Notes under the pieces: generated by a model
Told to the model about the DNA's origin: nothing
Database searches by the model: none
What the model saw: the letters and a program-made list of their open reading frames with translations, nothing else
From: Verrucomicrobiota bacterium
Lineage (GTDB): Bacteria > Verrucomicrobiota > Lentisphaeria > Lentisphaerales > Lentisphaeraceae
Reading direction: 5' to 3'
Length of the DNA: 54,161 nucleotides
NCBI GenBank assembly: GCA_039798785.1
Contig: JBDKFG010000030.1
Coordinates: 1-54,161 of the forward strand
Shown here: positions 1 to 9,857 of the stretch, one piece after another
Numbering within the stretch: the first letter of the stretch is position 1
How the letters are laid out: each line of letters begins with the position of its first letter
Position numbers and translations under genes: made by a program

Positions 1-192
1 TGGCCTCGCTCCACCTTGACCCAAGCCGATATCCTCCGCACTACTGCACATGGCCCACCTCCTTATGGTTAATGGCTTTATGCTCTGGAAACAAGCGTTC
101 GATCACGATGATTTTGCGCTCATTCTCCGGTGTGATGTAGACGCGAAACGAGTTGATCTACACTTCCATAGGGTCCAAGCCAAGACGCAATG

Positions 193-220
193 AAGAGGAG
201 CGGGTTTCCCCGCCCCTCTT
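193..220. terminator. Stem-loop, possible intrinsic terminator
   Basis: aagaggagcggg-tttc-cccgcccctctt: 12-bp stem with 1 mismatch, about 70 bp downstream of the minus-strand gene ending at 288. Confidence 0.5.
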
Positions 221-287
221 GAAGGTTTTTCAGAATTTGACCGGCACTTCACGCTCTTAACTACTGTGGACTGCCCGCGTGATACGG

Positions 288-1244
288 TTATTCGGGCAGA
301 GAAAATCCGAATCCATTTTCAGTAATAGTTTTCCGGATCAGCTCGATTTGTCCTGGCGTATACTTTCCGGGGAAATTCTCCATGAAAATCCATTCTGCTT
401 TTTTTGATATCGTGCCATTTTTCTTTTTGTAGGCTTTCACAACTTCGGTCCATTCTATTGAATCGCGAAGAAGCGCGAGCATTTTTCCTGTAAGTGGTTT
501 CTTGAGCAATGACTCGTCCATTTTTTCGTAATACTCATGAAATACTTTTATCGCTTTCTCTTCTGTTCCGCAAATTGCAAGAATCCGCTCAAGTACAGTC
601 TGGGATAAAGCCGCGGAATATTTTGGGTCATTTGCAATACTCTGCAATTTTGATATATCAGACATGCTTTTAATGCAGATGCCAACTATAAGCGGATCTA
701 CTGTATCCATATCAACAAGGCAAATGCTTTCTGGGTGTTTGAATTCACATGTACTTAGACTGAATCTATTTTCATTGATTACAGCATACCCAGGCTGTAT
801 AGTTAGTTTTTCGAACACGGCCTTGTCGTTCAGTATCTTTGCCAAAACTGGGTCGCTATTAATTTTACTCAAACAGTATAAAGATATATCTTGCCGGGGG
901 CACTTAATAACAACCTCACCAAGAAGCTCCTGGTCATCCAAAGCACGAAAGAGCAATATGCCTACCTTACTAGTGATGAGAGCCGCAGCGATTTCTTTTT
1001 GGCTCATCTTCTTAATTTCCGCTTCGATGAATGTTTTATCCATAAGCTTTTGCTCTGCAAGGCTCCAGATTTCATCCACCTGTTCATGTATGATGATTTG
1101 AGCCAATAACTCAGAGGAATCAGCCTTGCGCACCTCCTGAATGCGCTTCTGTGGATCAGAGGGAAGTGAAGCGTACGATTGCTTGCAGCTGCTGACTGAG
1201 GCAACTAAAACAAGTGCGGCGGTGAGGGACTTAAGAAAGCTCAT
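288..1244 (-). CDS. Putative lipoprotein, unknown function (318 aa)
   Basis: Start moved to ATG 1244, which has GGAGGT upstream. N-terminus MSFLKSLTAALVLVASVSS-C fits a signal peptide plus lipobox. The gene is AT-rich. Confidence 0.65.
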   Translation of the reverse strand: MSFLKSLTAALVLVASVSSCKQSYASLPSDPQKRIQEVRKADSSELLAQIIIHEQVDEIWSLAEQKLMDKTFIEAEIKKMSQKEIAAALITSKVGILLFRALDDQELLGEVVIKCPRQDISLYCLSKINSDPVLAKILNDKAVFEKLTIQPGYAVINENRFSLSTCEFKHPESICLVDMDTVDPLIVGICIKSMSDISKLQSIANDPKYSAALSQTVLERILAICGTEEKAIKVFHEYYEKMDESLLKKPLTGKMLALLRDSIEWTEVVKAYKKKNGTISKKAEWIFMENFPGKYTPGQIELIRKTITENGFGFSLPE

Positions 1245-1599
1245 CTGGGGACCTCCATTTCGATTGTCGATTCCGCGCCAAAAAAAGAACGCGGTCTGTT
1301 TTGTGTTCCCGAGAAGGCACGACCAAGCGCCCATGGAGAGACACGGACAGACCGCGCCCAGCGGGCGCGTTCTACCACATGTCGTCCCTCTCCATTTAAA
1401 TTTGGTCGTTTTTCTCGGATGGACGGATTGTGGTCGATTGCTAAAATCGACTATGTAGGCAACAAGCGGGGTGTTTGATAGGTGGCTTGGGTTCCTTGGA
1501 GTTGCGTTCGGTTGATACCGAAGCACGCTACGCCGGGTTGTCCACCTCGGGAGATTCCGAAGCGAAGGAGAATTCGGAGACGGGATCCGAGAAGTGAAG

Positions 1600-1941
1600 T
1601 CAAGGATGGCCCGGATCTGACCCGTCGTAGCTGCCGACCATGAACTGCACCGCGTCTTCGGGGGACAGGTAAGTCAGAGTGGAGCATTCACCATGCATAT
1701 CGAGAATGTCCACCACGAAGGCCGCTGCGTGGGCACGGGCCACCAGTTCATAGGCTCCAGTCGCAAGGCGAAGCTTGCCGCCTTCTCGCAAGATCTGCGC
1801 ACTCTGGCTGATGAGCTGAGAATGATTCGCGTTGGAAGCAGCGCGGCTCTCGATCCCCAATTTAGCGTAACGATGCTCCATCACCCAAGCGTGAAGTGCG
1901 GGCTTGAGATCGATTGGCAACTGAGCTTGGGTGGCGAGCAT
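1600..1941 (-). CDS. Hypothetical protein (113 aa)
   Basis: ATG-initiated ORF filling the gap with protein-like composition; no motif recognised. Confidence 0.45.
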   Translation of the reverse strand: MLATQAQLPIDLKPALHAWVMEHRYAKLGIESRAASNANHSQLISQSAQILREGGKLRLATGAYELVARAHAAAFVVDILDMHGECSTLTYLSPEDAVQFMVGSYDGSDPGHP

Positions 1942-2186
1942 AGGGCAATTCTTCTGTGGTGTGGCGTTCAGGAAATGTTGGGGCGCACTTAAGTGCTTGT
2001 CATTATAGTTGTCAATAGTTGTTTGAAGATTCTCTTGATTAAGCTTACCTACCTCAGCCCGCAGGGGCTGAGGCGGTGGTCATCAGTTTGTAGCGTCGCC
2101 ACTGGTCGCGTCTCCGACTTGGACGATATTTGGCACCATGCGTGCGGCTCTATCCATGCCGCAGCCCCACACACAAGTGATTTGTC

Positions 2187-2786
2187 ATGTCCCAGTTTCT
2201 CTCGAACATCGCCGATCCCCGGCACCCGGATCATCGCAGGCTCTCGCTGATCGTGGCGATGAGCGAGAAGGATCGTGTCATCGGCATCAACAATCGAATG
2301 CCGTGGCGGCTGGCGGCCCATCAAACGCTCTTGGCGCAGCACAGCCAGGGAAAGTGCGTGATCATGGGTCGCAAGGCCTTTGAGGCCCTCGGATGGCCCC
2401 CGCAGGCTCACGCTCACTTCGTCGTCACCTCCGCGCCGCAGGGCCAGGAAAACCCAGAGACATCCGCGCTCACACTCTGTTCGAGCGTTGACCAGGCGGT
2501 CGCTGCGGCCTTGCCCACGCACCGCGACATCGTGTTCATCGGCGGTGAGCAGACTTATCGCGAGGGCCTGCTCTACGCCCACGAGATCATTGCCAGCATC
2601 GTCAAGTGCCCGCTTGATGGCGACGCCTACTTCACCTCTTTCCAGATCGACAAGCACGCGACCCTGGAGACTCCCCTTGGCTTCACCTTCGGGCGCCCAT
2701 TCCAGATTCAGGAAGTGCTCCACAAGCAAGCGGCGGACGAGCTCAGCGACTTTGCCTTCACCAGCTACCGATTGAAGGCGCGGTGA
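2187..2786 (+). CDS. Dihydrofolate-reductase-fold protein with degenerate folate site
   Basis: DHFR motifs LIVAM..RVIG.NN.MPW, VIMGRK.F, FIGG.Q.Y and GDAYF. His occupies the position of E. coli Asp27. Confidence 0.85.
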   Translation: MSQFLSNIADPRHPDHRRLSLIVAMSEKDRVIGINNRMPWRLAAHQTLLAQHSQGKCVIMGRKAFEALGWPPQAHAHFVVTSAPQGQENPETSALTLCSSVDQAVAAALPTHRDIVFIGGEQTYREGLLYAHEIIASIVKCPLDGDAYFTSFQIDKHATLETPLGFTFGRPFQIQEVLHKQAADELSDFAFTSYRLKAR

Positions 2787-3068
2787 CGAAGCGGCACGCG
2801 CACCTCAGCACCTGACCTCGCGGTCAGGCGCTGAGCGAGGGAGATGTTAGCGTTGATGGCGGAGGAGGCACCAAGATTCTTCGTGCGCGCCCTCAACCTG
2901 TGACTCGAATTTGTCGCAGCCATGCCACTATCCTGCTCAACAAGGGAGGACGCCGTGCCCTCGGGGAAGATCCCGGAGAGCCTGGCAAGTCCCGCAACTG
3001 AAACTGAGCTAAAGTCAAAAAATCGTCCAGAAAAATTTGGCTTTGGGGCATGTCTAAGCTTATCTTAA

Positions 3069-5129
3069 TTGCAAACTATACCTAGGAATCCGGCTTTGAA
3101 CCACGCCATTACCAGCCTACGAGATCTCCCCCTGGCGCTCTCTTACCAGAGCGGCACGCACGACCTGGTGCGGGACTTCTATCTGCCTTGCCTCGGAGCG
3201 GCCAAGCTCTACCAGCGTGCTGTCGGCTACTTCTCCTCGCAGGGACTGGCACTCGCCGCCCAAGGTCTGCAACAGCTCCTGGAGAAAGGTGGGCGCATGC
3301 AGCTCATCGCCTCGCCAGTGCTGCACGAAGAGGATATCCAGGCCATCCGCGCCGGTTACGATCAACGTAGCATCCTGGAGACGGCTGCCCGACGCGAGCT
3401 TGATCCTGCGAACCTGCCACCCGATGACCTTCTCCGCGACCGTCTCAAAACCTTGGCTTGGCTAATCGCCGCAGGTCGCTTGGATGTCCGTCTCGCAGTT
3501 GGCGCAAAGGGCGGCTTGTTCCATCTCAAGATCGGCCTCTTCACCGATAACGACGGCAACTGCGTCGCCTTCTCCGGCTCCGCCAACGAGACTCACGGGG
3601 GCCTAGTCAGCAACTACGAGGCAATCGAGGTCTTCACTTCCTGGAAAGATCCGGAGCGCGTCGCCGATAAACGCATGCAGTTCGCTTCGCTCTGGGGCAA
3701 TATCGCGCTTGGTTTGAACTGCCTCGACTTCACCGCCTTCGCGGCTGAGCTTCTCCAACCTTACGCTGGGGCTGCCTATCCGCAGGCCGCGAGCAATTTT
3801 CTTGAGGTGGCGGAAACTCAGGCTAAAGCAGGCGCCCTTTGGCCTCATCAAGTGGCAGCCATCGCCGCTTGGGAAGCGAACCAACGCGTCGGCATCCTCG
3901 AAATGTGCACCGGCGCCGGAAAGACGGTCACGGCCTTGAACGTGGTCACCAAGTCGAAAGACGATCCCCGCCTCGATTTCGCCGTCATCGTCTGTCCCAC
4001 CAAGATTCTGGTGGAGCAATGGGCGCAGCAAGCGGAAAAGCTCAAGGGCTGCAATGTCCTCAAGGCCTACGATTCCTACGCCAACTACCGCAACGAGCTG
4101 AAGTTCTTCTTCGCCAAACGCGACAAGCGCTTCAATGTCATCATCACCACCTACGCCACCTTCTTCGACGACAATCTGAGCTACTGGTCAAAGCAAGCGG
4201 CTGCCGCCGGCTGCCGCGCTCTGCTGATCCTCGACGAAGCACACAACTGCTCCTCGGCCAACTTCACCAAGCTGCAGGACTGGGCCACGCTCTACCCGCA
4301 GCGCCTCGGGCTCTCGGCGACTCCCTACCGGGGCTACTCGCAGGAACTCGATGACGAGCAACGCGCCTTCTTCGGCAAGGTGGTCTTCCACTTCGGCCTG
4401 AAGGAGGGGATTGAGCGCGGCATCCTCACCCGTTACCACTACTTCCCCATTCCCATCCACATCGAGGCGAAGCTCTCTCGTGGCTCCTGGTTCGCAGCGG
4501 AGGACGATGCGCCCCGCGACTTCCTCAAGGGCAATGCCGATCGCTACCTCGGGGCCTTCACTGCCTTGATCGATCGTCTTCTCCCCCAGCAGGGGCGCCT
4601 CGACAAGCTGATCGTCTTCTGCCCACCTGGCGGCATCGAGGAAACCCGCGCCCTAGAACGCTTCCGCGAAGTGCTCCGCGCCCACTCCATCAGCTCGGCC
4701 TCAATCACCGCCGCCACCTCCGGCGCGGACCGCCAAGGCATCCTCCGCGACTTCGCCGCGCAGACCTACCAAGCTCTCTTCGCCATCGGCTGCCTCGACG
4801 AAGGCATGGACATCCCCAGCTCGCAGAAGTGCGTCATCACCTACTCCTTTGACACCCCGCGCCAATTCGTCCAACGACGCGGCCGCGTCCTGCGTCAATC
4901 GCAAGGCAAGACGCACGCTCAAATCTACGACTTCATCCTGCTGCCGGACTCCTCGACCTTCTCCCCGGAGAAGACCGAACAAATCCTCGAACGCGAAATG
5001 CGCCGTTACTACGACTTCTCGCAGTTGGCAGACAACCAGACTGAGGCGGAATCCATATTGCAGGCTGCCATTCGCAAAGTAAAGTCAACAAGTCTCAACC
5101 AAGTTCTCGGAGATGACTATGAATCTTAA
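3069..5129 (+). CDS. pbeA: PLD-nuclease + SF2 (DEAH) helicase, PbeA-like phosphorothioation-associated effector
   Basis: PLD motif FHLKIG..SGSANET, Walker A MCTGAGKT, DEAH, LSATP, QRRGRVLR. First gene of a four-gene operon beside dnd genes. Start codon (TTG) uncertain. Confidence 0.75.
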   Translation: MQTIPRNPALNHAITSLRDLPLALSYQSGTHDLVRDFYLPCLGAAKLYQRAVGYFSSQGLALAAQGLQQLLEKGGRMQLIASPVLHEEDIQAIRAGYDQRSILETAARRELDPANLPPDDLLRDRLKTLAWLIAAGRLDVRLAVGAKGGLFHLKIGLFTDNDGNCVAFSGSANETHGGLVSNYEAIEVFTSWKDPERVADKRMQFASLWGNIALGLNCLDFTAFAAELLQPYAGAAYPQAASNFLEVAETQAKAGALWPHQVAAIAAWEANQRVGILEMCTGAGKTVTALNVVTKSKDDPRLDFAVIVCPTKILVEQWAQQAEKLKGCNVLKAYDSYANYRNELKFFFAKRDKRFNVIITTYATFFDDNLSYWSKQAAAAGCRALLILDEAHNCSSANFTKLQDWATLYPQRLGLSATPYRGYSQELDDEQRAFFGKVVFHFGLKEGIERGILTRYHYFPIPIHIEAKLSRGSWFAAEDDAPRDFLKGNADRYLGAFTALIDRLLPQQGRLDKLIVFCPPGGIEETRALERFREVLRAHSISSASITAATSGADRQGILRDFAAQTYQALFAIGCLDEGMDIPSSQKCVITYSFDTPRQFVQRRGRVLRQSQGKTHAQIYDFILLPDSSTFSPEKTEQILEREMRRYYDFSQLADNQTEAESILQAAIRKVKSTSLNQVLGDDYES

Positions 5130-5307
5130 AGAGTTTGTTACCAGCAAGGGGATCACCCCCGAGCAGGAGAAGCTTCTGCGGTTCATCTACGAGGACCGTT
5201 TCAACGCTGCCGACTATAACGACGCCCATAAGCGGGTGAAAGATCGACTCAGTGAACTGCTTCAAGTAAAGCCTGTCAGCGCTGCGGACCAGAAGGCTCG
5301 TTCATGA
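5113..5307 (+). CDS. Small protein, PbeB-like by position (64 aa)
   Basis: Overlaps both the helicase and the ATPase gene; size and position fit pbeB. Confidence 0.6.
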   Translation: MTMNLKEFVTSKGITPEQEKLLRFIYEDRFNAADYNDAHKRVKDRLSELLQVKPVSAADQKARS

Positions 5308-7391
5308 AAATCTCATCCATCAAATTTGTGGACCTCATGACCTTCTACGGCGAGCAATCGCTGAAGCTGGGTGATGGTGCCACGGTCATCCTTGCCCCCA
5401 ATAACTCCGGCAAAACAACCGTCATTCGAGCCTTGGAGTTCGCATTTTATGGTGCGAATGAAAAGACTTACAACTCATTCATCAACATCAAGAAATTCAA
5501 AGAGACGCCGCTTCGCAAAAAACTGAAGTGCTTGGTCGAAGTGGATTTCACCGACCACCATCGGAAATTCAAGCTTGAACGATGGATTGACTTTGACAAG
5601 GCGAAGGAGAATCAAGACTCCCTAAGCGGGGAATCCACGGTTCGACTGACTGAATACAAGGATGAGCGAGACACTTGGTGCCTGAACCAAGATGCCAATA
5701 AACTGCTCAATAAACTGATGTCTCGATCGACCTTTGATTTCTTCTTCTTCAAAGGTGAAGAATTGGCATCAAGTCTTCTCACTAAGAAGGACTTTGATTT
5801 CAAGAAGAACATCGACAGCATGCTTTATCTGGAGCAATGGTCAGACATCCTTGAGACACTGAATAAAGTTCGGGCTGATGCAGAGAAAAGTGTTAAGCTT
5901 GACCAGGAAAACACGGATCGCCTCACCAAGCTTGAATCAGATCTTAATTTCAAGCAAAACCGGATTGAAAAACTAAAGCAAGACCTGATCGATTGCGATC
6001 AAAATATGCGCGAAGAAGAGTCGCAACTCAATGAGTGGCGAGAAGATCGCGACAACTTAATGAGATCATTTAATCAAAATTTGCAATCTGAACATGCCAA
6101 ATGCGTATCTCAAATCGACAAACTAAAAAAAGAAAACTCTGCACTTGATGAAGAGAATATGCGTCTTGCATTTAAGTTGCTGATTCCTTCACTCTTTATT
6201 AAGGCCATTCCAGCGATTGAAAAAACTTTCGATAAACTGGAAATTAAGAATCAAGTTCCATCTGAAGTCACTGAGCACCTCCTTAAACGGTTGATCAAGG
6301 ACGAAAAGTGTTTATGTGATCGCGACCTCAAGAAAGGCAGCGCCCCCTTTAAACATGTGAGCAATATCTATGAAGCCTCGGTCACGAAGGAGATCAATCA
6401 CGAGATTTACGCATTAAAAAACAACCTAGACAAGAACATCTGGGCTCAGCCAGTTGCCGAAGCGAAAGAGACAATTGAAAGAAATGAAAAAAAAATTCGC
6501 GATAACCGCAACAGCATCCAGGATCTTGAGGAGGAGGCTCGCGAGCTTTACGATCAAGTTGCCAAGCAGAGCGATTTGAAAGGAAAGCTGGAGCTGACTA
6601 AAGATCGTATTGATGCCTGTACTCGCAAGCTCCGTGAGTTGGAGAGAGATAAGTCCACCTTTGCATACAAGATTGAATCCACAAAATCTGAAATTGACGG
6701 AATCCTTCGAGAGAAGGAAGTGGTTTTATCCAAAGTCAAAGACCGCACAGCTATCGATAAAATCAACTCACTGAAGAGCCTGGAAGCGCTTACGCGTGAG
6801 TGGGCACAGAAGAAAAAAGACGAAATTCCTGTCAAGTTCTCGAAGTTTGTTGCCAGCAGCTATGAAGCTATCGTCAATGACGGCTCTCTAGCTCTGATTG
6901 AACCTAATACCTTACGCCCGCGCATTACCAAAGACAATGTTGAAGTCAAAACAGGCGGCGGCCAAGATCAGGTTTTGGTTATCAGTTACATCATGGCCCT
7001 CGCGAAGATCCGTAAGTTGATCAATGAGGAGATCCGCTCCTTCGTCCGCATGCAATCGGTATCAGAACAAATCTTCATAATGGACTCGATTTTCGGACAG
7101 GTACAAGGAGCCTACCAGAAGCAACTTCTCCAATACCTGGATGAAGCCCTGGCTCAACAGGAGATCCCGCAGTTGGTGCTCCTCTTCGCTGGACAGCAGT
7201 GGACACCCGAAATCGCCACTATATTGAAGAAATCGCTAAAGCGCGTTTACGGCTTTGTACTGCAAACGCCAAAAACTGACAATGCTGATGACTTCCGTTT
7301 TGAGATCTTCGGGAAACAGATCACGCTGATCAACAAGACGGATGACGATTCATCACATACCTTGATCCAAGAACTTGTGGGGGTCAACTAA
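5304..7391 (+). CDS. pbeC: SMC/Rad50-like coiled-coil ATPase, PbeC-like
   Basis: Walker A APNNSGKTT, FFFFKGE motif, long coiled coil with central CLC, signature GGGQ, Walker B IFIMDS. Confidence 0.7.
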   Translation: MKISSIKFVDLMTFYGEQSLKLGDGATVILAPNNSGKTTVIRALEFAFYGANEKTYNSFINIKKFKETPLRKKLKCLVEVDFTDHHRKFKLERWIDFDKAKENQDSLSGESTVRLTEYKDERDTWCLNQDANKLLNKLMSRSTFDFFFFKGEELASSLLTKKDFDFKKNIDSMLYLEQWSDILETLNKVRADAEKSVKLDQENTDRLTKLESDLNFKQNRIEKLKQDLIDCDQNMREEESQLNEWREDRDNLMRSFNQNLQSEHAKCVSQIDKLKKENSALDEENMRLAFKLLIPSLFIKAIPAIEKTFDKLEIKNQVPSEVTEHLLKRLIKDEKCLCDRDLKKGSAPFKHVSNIYEASVTKEINHEIYALKNNLDKNIWAQPVAEAKETIERNEKKIRDNRNSIQDLEEEARELYDQVAKQSDLKGKLELTKDRIDACTRKLRELERDKSTFAYKIESTKSEIDGILREKEVVLSKVKDRTAIDKINSLKSLEALTREWAQKKKDEIPVKFSKFVASSYEAIVNDGSLALIEPNTLRPRITKDNVEVKTGGGQDQVLVISYIMALAKIRKLINEEIRSFVRMQSVSEQIFIMDSIFGQVQGAYQKQLLQYLDEALAQQEIPQLVLLFAGQQWTPEIATILKKSLKRVYGFVLQTPKTDNADDFRFEIFGKQITLINKTDDDSSHTLIQELVGVN

Positions 7392-7828
7392 TGGCACAGC
7401 TATTCATTGGCAAACGCTTGGCCAGCCCGGAATCAATGACCCCATTTGCTCACCTCAGCAAAGGTGCTGTCGGCGAAACCCGCAGCTATGGGCAGGGGTA
7501 CTTTGATACCAATGCACACTTGATTGCTTTTGCGGCTGTTTATGGGTTTAACAAGGAACTTGAAGGGGATGGAGGTTACGACCTCAACTTCAAGAAGGCT
7601 TCTGGTAAGGATATCGAATTCTCGATTTTTCAACGTCATGAACTTAGCCCCTACCTCTACGCAATCGCGCTTCATAAAAAGGGTGATCACATGATTCTCA
7701 AAGATGAAAACTGGGAGGAATTTATGAAGATCATCTTGAGCTATGCTTCAGGTGGATTTAAACATTTGCGAGAAGCTGATATACCAAGTCATGAAATGAC
7801 GGCATTCATAATTAGAGAGATGAAATAA
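7391..7828 (+). CDS. PbeD-like / dnd-associated small protein (145 aa)
   Basis: F.T.AHLIAFAAVYG and YASGG..L motifs of the kind found in small partners of dnd-associated ATPases; 1-nt overlap with the ATPase gene. Confidence 0.6.
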   Translation: MAQLFIGKRLASPESMTPFAHLSKGAVGETRSYGQGYFDTNAHLIAFAAVYGFNKELEGDGGYDLNFKKASGKDIEFSIFQRHELSPYLYAIALHKKGDHMILKDENWEEFMKIILSYASGGFKHLREADIPSHEMTAFIIREMK

Positions 7829-8730
7829 TGGGAAGCGAATTACAACAATCATTGGCCTTTATTTCATCAAATGGACATGGTTGCAGGCTATATAAATTAC
7901 TGATGAAAAACTTTCCTTTTAATTCAAATTCACTGCATGAGACATTTCTTACAAAAATTGACCGCTCTATTTCGGCTGATGGTTCATATATGGAGTCAAT
8001 CTACCATACATCAATTATGTATTTATTAAAAAGGGCAATATACACATGCTACGCGAAATCTAAATCCATAGATTGTGACCCGAAAAAGCCATCTCATTTT
8101 GAGGATCCTAACAAATCCAAAAAACTAAGGGAATATATATTAAAATATTACTCTGAAATACTTAGAATTAATCCGGATGATATTGATATGGCTATTGAAT
8201 TAACTTTTGAATCGCTAAAGAATTCCAATAAGGATTTCTCTACTTCTGTTGCGGATGAAATATATGGTCCTGCGAGAAACAAGGATTTACATTGCTATAT
8301 TGGGGGGAGCAAATTGGATCTCAATATGATTTCAGCTGAACGAGTTAGAGGGAATCATCAATTCAATTCTGCAATCCCTGAACTTGATCATGTTTGGCCA
8401 AGATCGATGGGAGGCATGACTGTGATCGACAACTGCCGTCCGGCGTCAGCCACCTACAATAATGCAAAATCTGAATTTATTTCTTATTTTGACACTCCAT
8501 GGATCTGCTATATTAGCAAGACCAATTCTGGCGATGAATCTCACGAGAAAGTTTTTGATTTAAAGTTCAAAACATCAATCTTAATGCGCCAGAATTACCA
8601 GTGTTACTATTCGGGTAGAAAATTTCTGGATTTTGGGGAGCCAATTTTCACTCTAATTAATCCTGATGATGGATGGCATTTTTTTAATATAATTGCAACT
8701 CTACCAACTCAATCTAAGGAGACTGACTAA
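7828..8730 (+). CDS. HNH endonuclease-like protein
   Basis: ELDHVWPRSMGG...NCRPASATYNNAKS HNH core; degenerate CxxC motifs; very AT-rich. Confidence 0.75.
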   Translation: MGSELQQSLAFISSNGHGCRLYKLLMKNFPFNSNSLHETFLTKIDRSISADGSYMESIYHTSIMYLLKRAIYTCYAKSKSIDCDPKKPSHFEDPNKSKKLREYILKYYSEILRINPDDIDMAIELTFESLKNSNKDFSTSVADEIYGPARNKDLHCYIGGSKLDLNMISAERVRGNHQFNSAIPELDHVWPRSMGGMTVIDNCRPASATYNNAKSEFISYFDTPWICYISKTNSGDESHEKVFDLKFKTSILMRQNYQCYYSGRKFLDFGEPIFTLINPDDGWHFFNIIATLPTQSKETD

Positions 8731-9857
8731 TGAGCACTAAGAAATCACAAAAGAAAAATTTTTGCTATTCGGGTTTTATATTCTCTCAAAGATCATCAAT
8801 CAAAGCCCCAAAAATGTTCGTATTTTCTGCAAGTCCTTCTGAAATTTTAGAGTGGGCTACTGTTTCAAGAACTGCAGAACAACCCCAAGGCGTTCAAAGA
8901 ATGTTATCCGAATCTCGTGTAAAGGCCATATCTAGGTTTTTGAAATCTGATGATAAAAATACCATACCAAATTCTGCAATTATTGCTCTGCCGCCAAAAT
9001 CATTCAAACTAATTTCAAATAATGCGATTGAAATTCTTAATTCTGATGATAAGCCTGGATTGATTGTTGATGGCCAGCATCGGATTCATGGGATCTCTTA
9101 TTTTGAGTCTAATATATCTAAGGAAAAAAACAATATTGTGGTTACTGTTCTGCTGGATGCTGATGCAGAAGAGCAGGCATTCCAATTTATTTCAATTAAC
9201 AACAAGGCATCAAGAGTAAGAACAGACAATGTCAAGACAATTATTTCTAGATCCATCAATGAAAATGGTCTTTCCATTCGTTTAATTAATGCTGGAATTT
9301 CGTACGGTGAGCAATCTCCTCTTTTGAAAGATTGCGATACGCTAGATGAAAGTCCATTTAAAGGCATGCTTAAATGGGAGTCCGATGATTCAGAAACTAA
9401 ATTAATCACATTGTCAACCATTGAGAAATCTGTAATGCACCTTAAGGAGAGTTTTAAATTTATTGAATCTGATGAAACTCCATTTCGGGATTTATTATTT
9501 GCCATTTGGACAGGCATTAAAACTCATCACGCACACATCTGGAAAATTGAATGCAATTTACAGAAAAAGGTCTCAATGCTTGCTTACAATCGTTTCATTG
9601 CCGGAAAAATTCGTGAAAAATGGTTGGATGAAAGTATTGATATTTCAAACTATATTGAAATCCAGAAATATTCATGTAAGTTATCCTCTATGATACCAGA
9701 TGACTTTTGGAATTGCAAGTGGAAAATTGAGATTAAGGAAAGTAAGACTGTAGAAGACATGATTTATAATGATCTGGATAGAATTATTGCCAATCATAGA
9801 ACGCAAAAAATTTGGCACTTTAAGCTTTCGCTACTGGAAAACTCCGACGATTATTAA
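8730..9857 (+). CDS. DGQHR-domain (DndB/ParB-like) protein
   Basis: GVQR.L...RV, IPNSAII, IVDGQHR and F..IN motifs. Confidence 0.9.
   Translation: MSTKKSQKKNFCYSGFIFSQRSSIKAPKMFVFSASPSEILEWATVSRTAEQPQGVQRMLSESRVKAISRFLKSDDKNTIPNSAIIALPPKSFKLISNNAIEILNSDDKPGLIVDGQHRIHGISYFESNISKEKNNIVVTVLLDADAEEQAFQFISINNKASRVRTDNVKTIISRSINENGLSIRLINAGISYGEQSPLLKDCDTLDESPFKGMLKWESDDSETKLITLSTIEKSVMHLKESFKFIESDETPFRDLLFAIWTGIKTHHAHIWKIECNLQKKVSMLAYNRFIAGKIREKWLDESIDISNYIEIQKYSCKLSSMIPDDFWNCKWKIEIKESKTVEDMIYNDLDRIIANHRTQKIWHFKLSLLENSDDY

Noticed and set aside
1..190. Partial gene at the left edge
   Set aside because: All three plus-strand frames hit stops and no motif is recognisable
2049..2860. dfr integron cassette / trimethoprim resistance gene
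   Set aside because: No convincing attC (no RYYYAAC...GTTRRRY pairing), no integron integrase, and the catalytic acid is missing
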